This document shows, piece after piece, positions 62,825 through 64,000 of a stretch of DNA of 64,000 bases (position 1 is the first letter of the stretch; the number at the start of each line of letters is the position of its first letter). The DNA is from a virus. Below the pieces are notes generated by a model. The model saw only the letters and a list, made by a program, of their open reading frames with translations. It was not told the DNA's origin and ran no database searches. Location: positions 1 to 64,000 of the IMG/VR virus record IMGVR_UViG_3300032251_000001; one strand, given 5' to 3'. Made by a program: the position numbers and the translations under genes.

Positions 62825-63580
62825 ATGAAAGAAAACAAAAACTTATCAAATCAAAATGTAGTACTAAGAGTTATGGAAAGACAAGCAAAAAGAAGGAAGT
62901 TATTAGTTTCAGTGTTCCTTATCGGTTGTATTACTGGAGTTATACTTACTTCAATAGTTGTAATTATTTTAGCATCAATATTTAGTAACAATCATCAAGA
63001 ACAATTGTCTGAAGAAGTATTAGATAAACCTGTAGTTATTCAATTAGCAATTAAAACTGCTGCAGAGGAAGTTAATATAATAGACTCAATTGAAGTTGTT
63101 GATGAAACACCATATTACATAAGCTATATAGAATCAAAAGGTGTTGAAAAAGAACGTGCAACACTTATTGTTGAATCTATCCTAAATGTTGGTGAGGAAG
63201 TTCCATTATCACTAATCATTGCAATGATAGAAAAAGAAACAGATTTTAGAAATATTCCAGCATATGACCCTAACGAAGATAGTATGGGTTATGTTCAAAT
63301 GCAATCTTCTACAATTAAATGGTTGAAAAATTTATATCCTGAATTACCTAAGATTAATTCTCAAGAAGAGTTTCAAGCAACACCATCAGCACAAATGAAA
63401 TATATGGCAAAGTACATTGAATATGCAACAGAAAAGTTTGATAACAATTTTACGTGGGTGGTATCAAGCTATAACATGGGAGTTAACAACGATAAAATTA
63501 ATAAGAGTTATGTAGACGAAGTATTGTCTCATAAAATTAATTTAGAAACGTATGTAGCTTCAGAACAAGACATTAAATAA
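62825..63580 (+). CDS. membrane-anchored lytic transglycosylase (SLT domain)
   Basis: TM LLVSVFLIG...; IIAMIEKETDF catalytic Glu, SMGYVQM, SYNMG. Confidence 0.85.
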   Translation: MKENKNLSNQNVVLRVMERQAKRRKLLVSVFLIGCITGVILTSIVVIILASIFSNNHQEQLSEEVLDKPVVIQLAIKTAAEEVNIIDSIEVVDETPYYISYIESKGVEKERATLIVESILNVGEEVPLSLIIAMIEKETDFRNIPAYDPNEDSMGYVQMQSSTIKWLKNLYPELPKINSQEEFQATPSAQMKYMAKYIEYATEKFDNNFTWVVSSYNMGVNNDKINKSYVDEVLSHKINLETYVASEQDIK

Positions 63581-63622
63581 TGACACTATGAAACTAAAAC
63601 TAATCCACGGAGGGCTTAAAGA

Positions 63623-63937
63623 ATGAAGATTGGAACTAACAAAGAATGTAATGATAAAGATAGGATGAAGTGTACTAATTCAGTATTTATAAATTGTGAC
63701 TTAATGGTTGATGCGTATATCAAACAATGTTGTGATACAATTGTTATTGGAAGTAATAACCCAGATTTTGAAACACTTGAATTTATGAATGCAATAAGAG
63801 AATCATTACTAGGTATACCTAATCTAGATGTAAGTAATATCTTAGAATGTTTTAATAATGATGTATATTTTACATGTGATATGGAATATGACTTTTTAGA
63901 ATCAGTTATTGAAAAAGTAACTAAAGAATTAAGTTAA
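63623..63937 (+). CDS. hypothetical protein
   Basis: GGAGG RBS. Confidence 0.75.
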   Translation: MKIGTNKECNDKDRMKCTNSVFINCDLMVDAYIKQCCDTIVIGSNNPDFETLEFMNAIRESLLGIPNLDVSNILECFNNDVYFTCDMEYDFLESVIEKVTKELS

Positions 63938-63942
63938 AATAA

Positions 63943-63981
63943 AGAGTATAACCAATTAAGGTTATACTCTATTTTTTTTTT
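63943..63981. terminator. bidirectional terminator
   Basis: AGAGTATAACC-AATTAA-GGTTATACTCT plus T-run. Confidence 0.85.
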
Positions 63982-64000
63982 AAACATCATCTTCATCCAT
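63980..64000 (-). CDS. 3' end of a gene entering from the right edge (partial)
   Basis: ...MDEDDV-TAA converging on the terminator. Confidence 0.45.
   Translation of the reverse strand: MDEDDV

Noticed and set aside
1-64000. Stop-codon reassignment (TAG or TGA read-through)
   Set aside because: Code 11 gives dense full-length genes, and TAG ends many genes just before an RBS or terminator
1-64000. CRISPR array or mini-array
   Set aside because: The direct repeats found (6471, 31666, 42268) are in-frame coding duplications; no repeat-spacer periodicity seen

Overview
A 64-kb, very AT-rich segment of a phiKZ/AR9(PBS1)-like jumbo myophage genome. The host is probably a Firmicute, inferred from strong GGAGG ribosome-binding sites, a YdbC/PC4 protein, and GH73, LysM and M23 domains. 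The standard genetic code fits, and I see no CRISPR array, transposon, intron or intein. The window encodes dispersed subunits of two phage multisubunit RNA polymerases: a beta'-C subunit (815-2686), a large beta subunit (8925-13082) and a probable sigma-like specificity subunit (53564-55069). It also has an SF2 helicase, tail/baseplate genes (2825-aa tape-measure/M23 protein; gp48-, gp6-, gp25-, gp26-like and LysM tube-like proteins), a family of internal head proteins, a GroEL-like chaperonin, RusA, primase, RNase HI, a NMP kinase, two membrane-anchored wall hydrolases, tRNA-Asn, and an early accessory operon with a HicA-family RNase. Two promoter motifs read directly from the sequence partition the genes. 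TATATTAT-N5-TGA (12 sites) precedes nvRNAP and accessory genes and is inferred early. AACA-N6-TA (about 19 sites) precedes virion genes and is inferred late. The most unusual items are: (i) about 315 nt of multi-domain structured non-coding sequence, with its own late-type promoter, running into tRNA-Asn (41306-41621); (ii) a histone-H1-like/acidic/HU-fold chimera behind a stack of promoters (13742-14518); (iii) shared N-terminal signals on candidate capsid-packaged proteins; and (iv) the HicA operon. All family assignments come from motif recognition by eye, not database searches.
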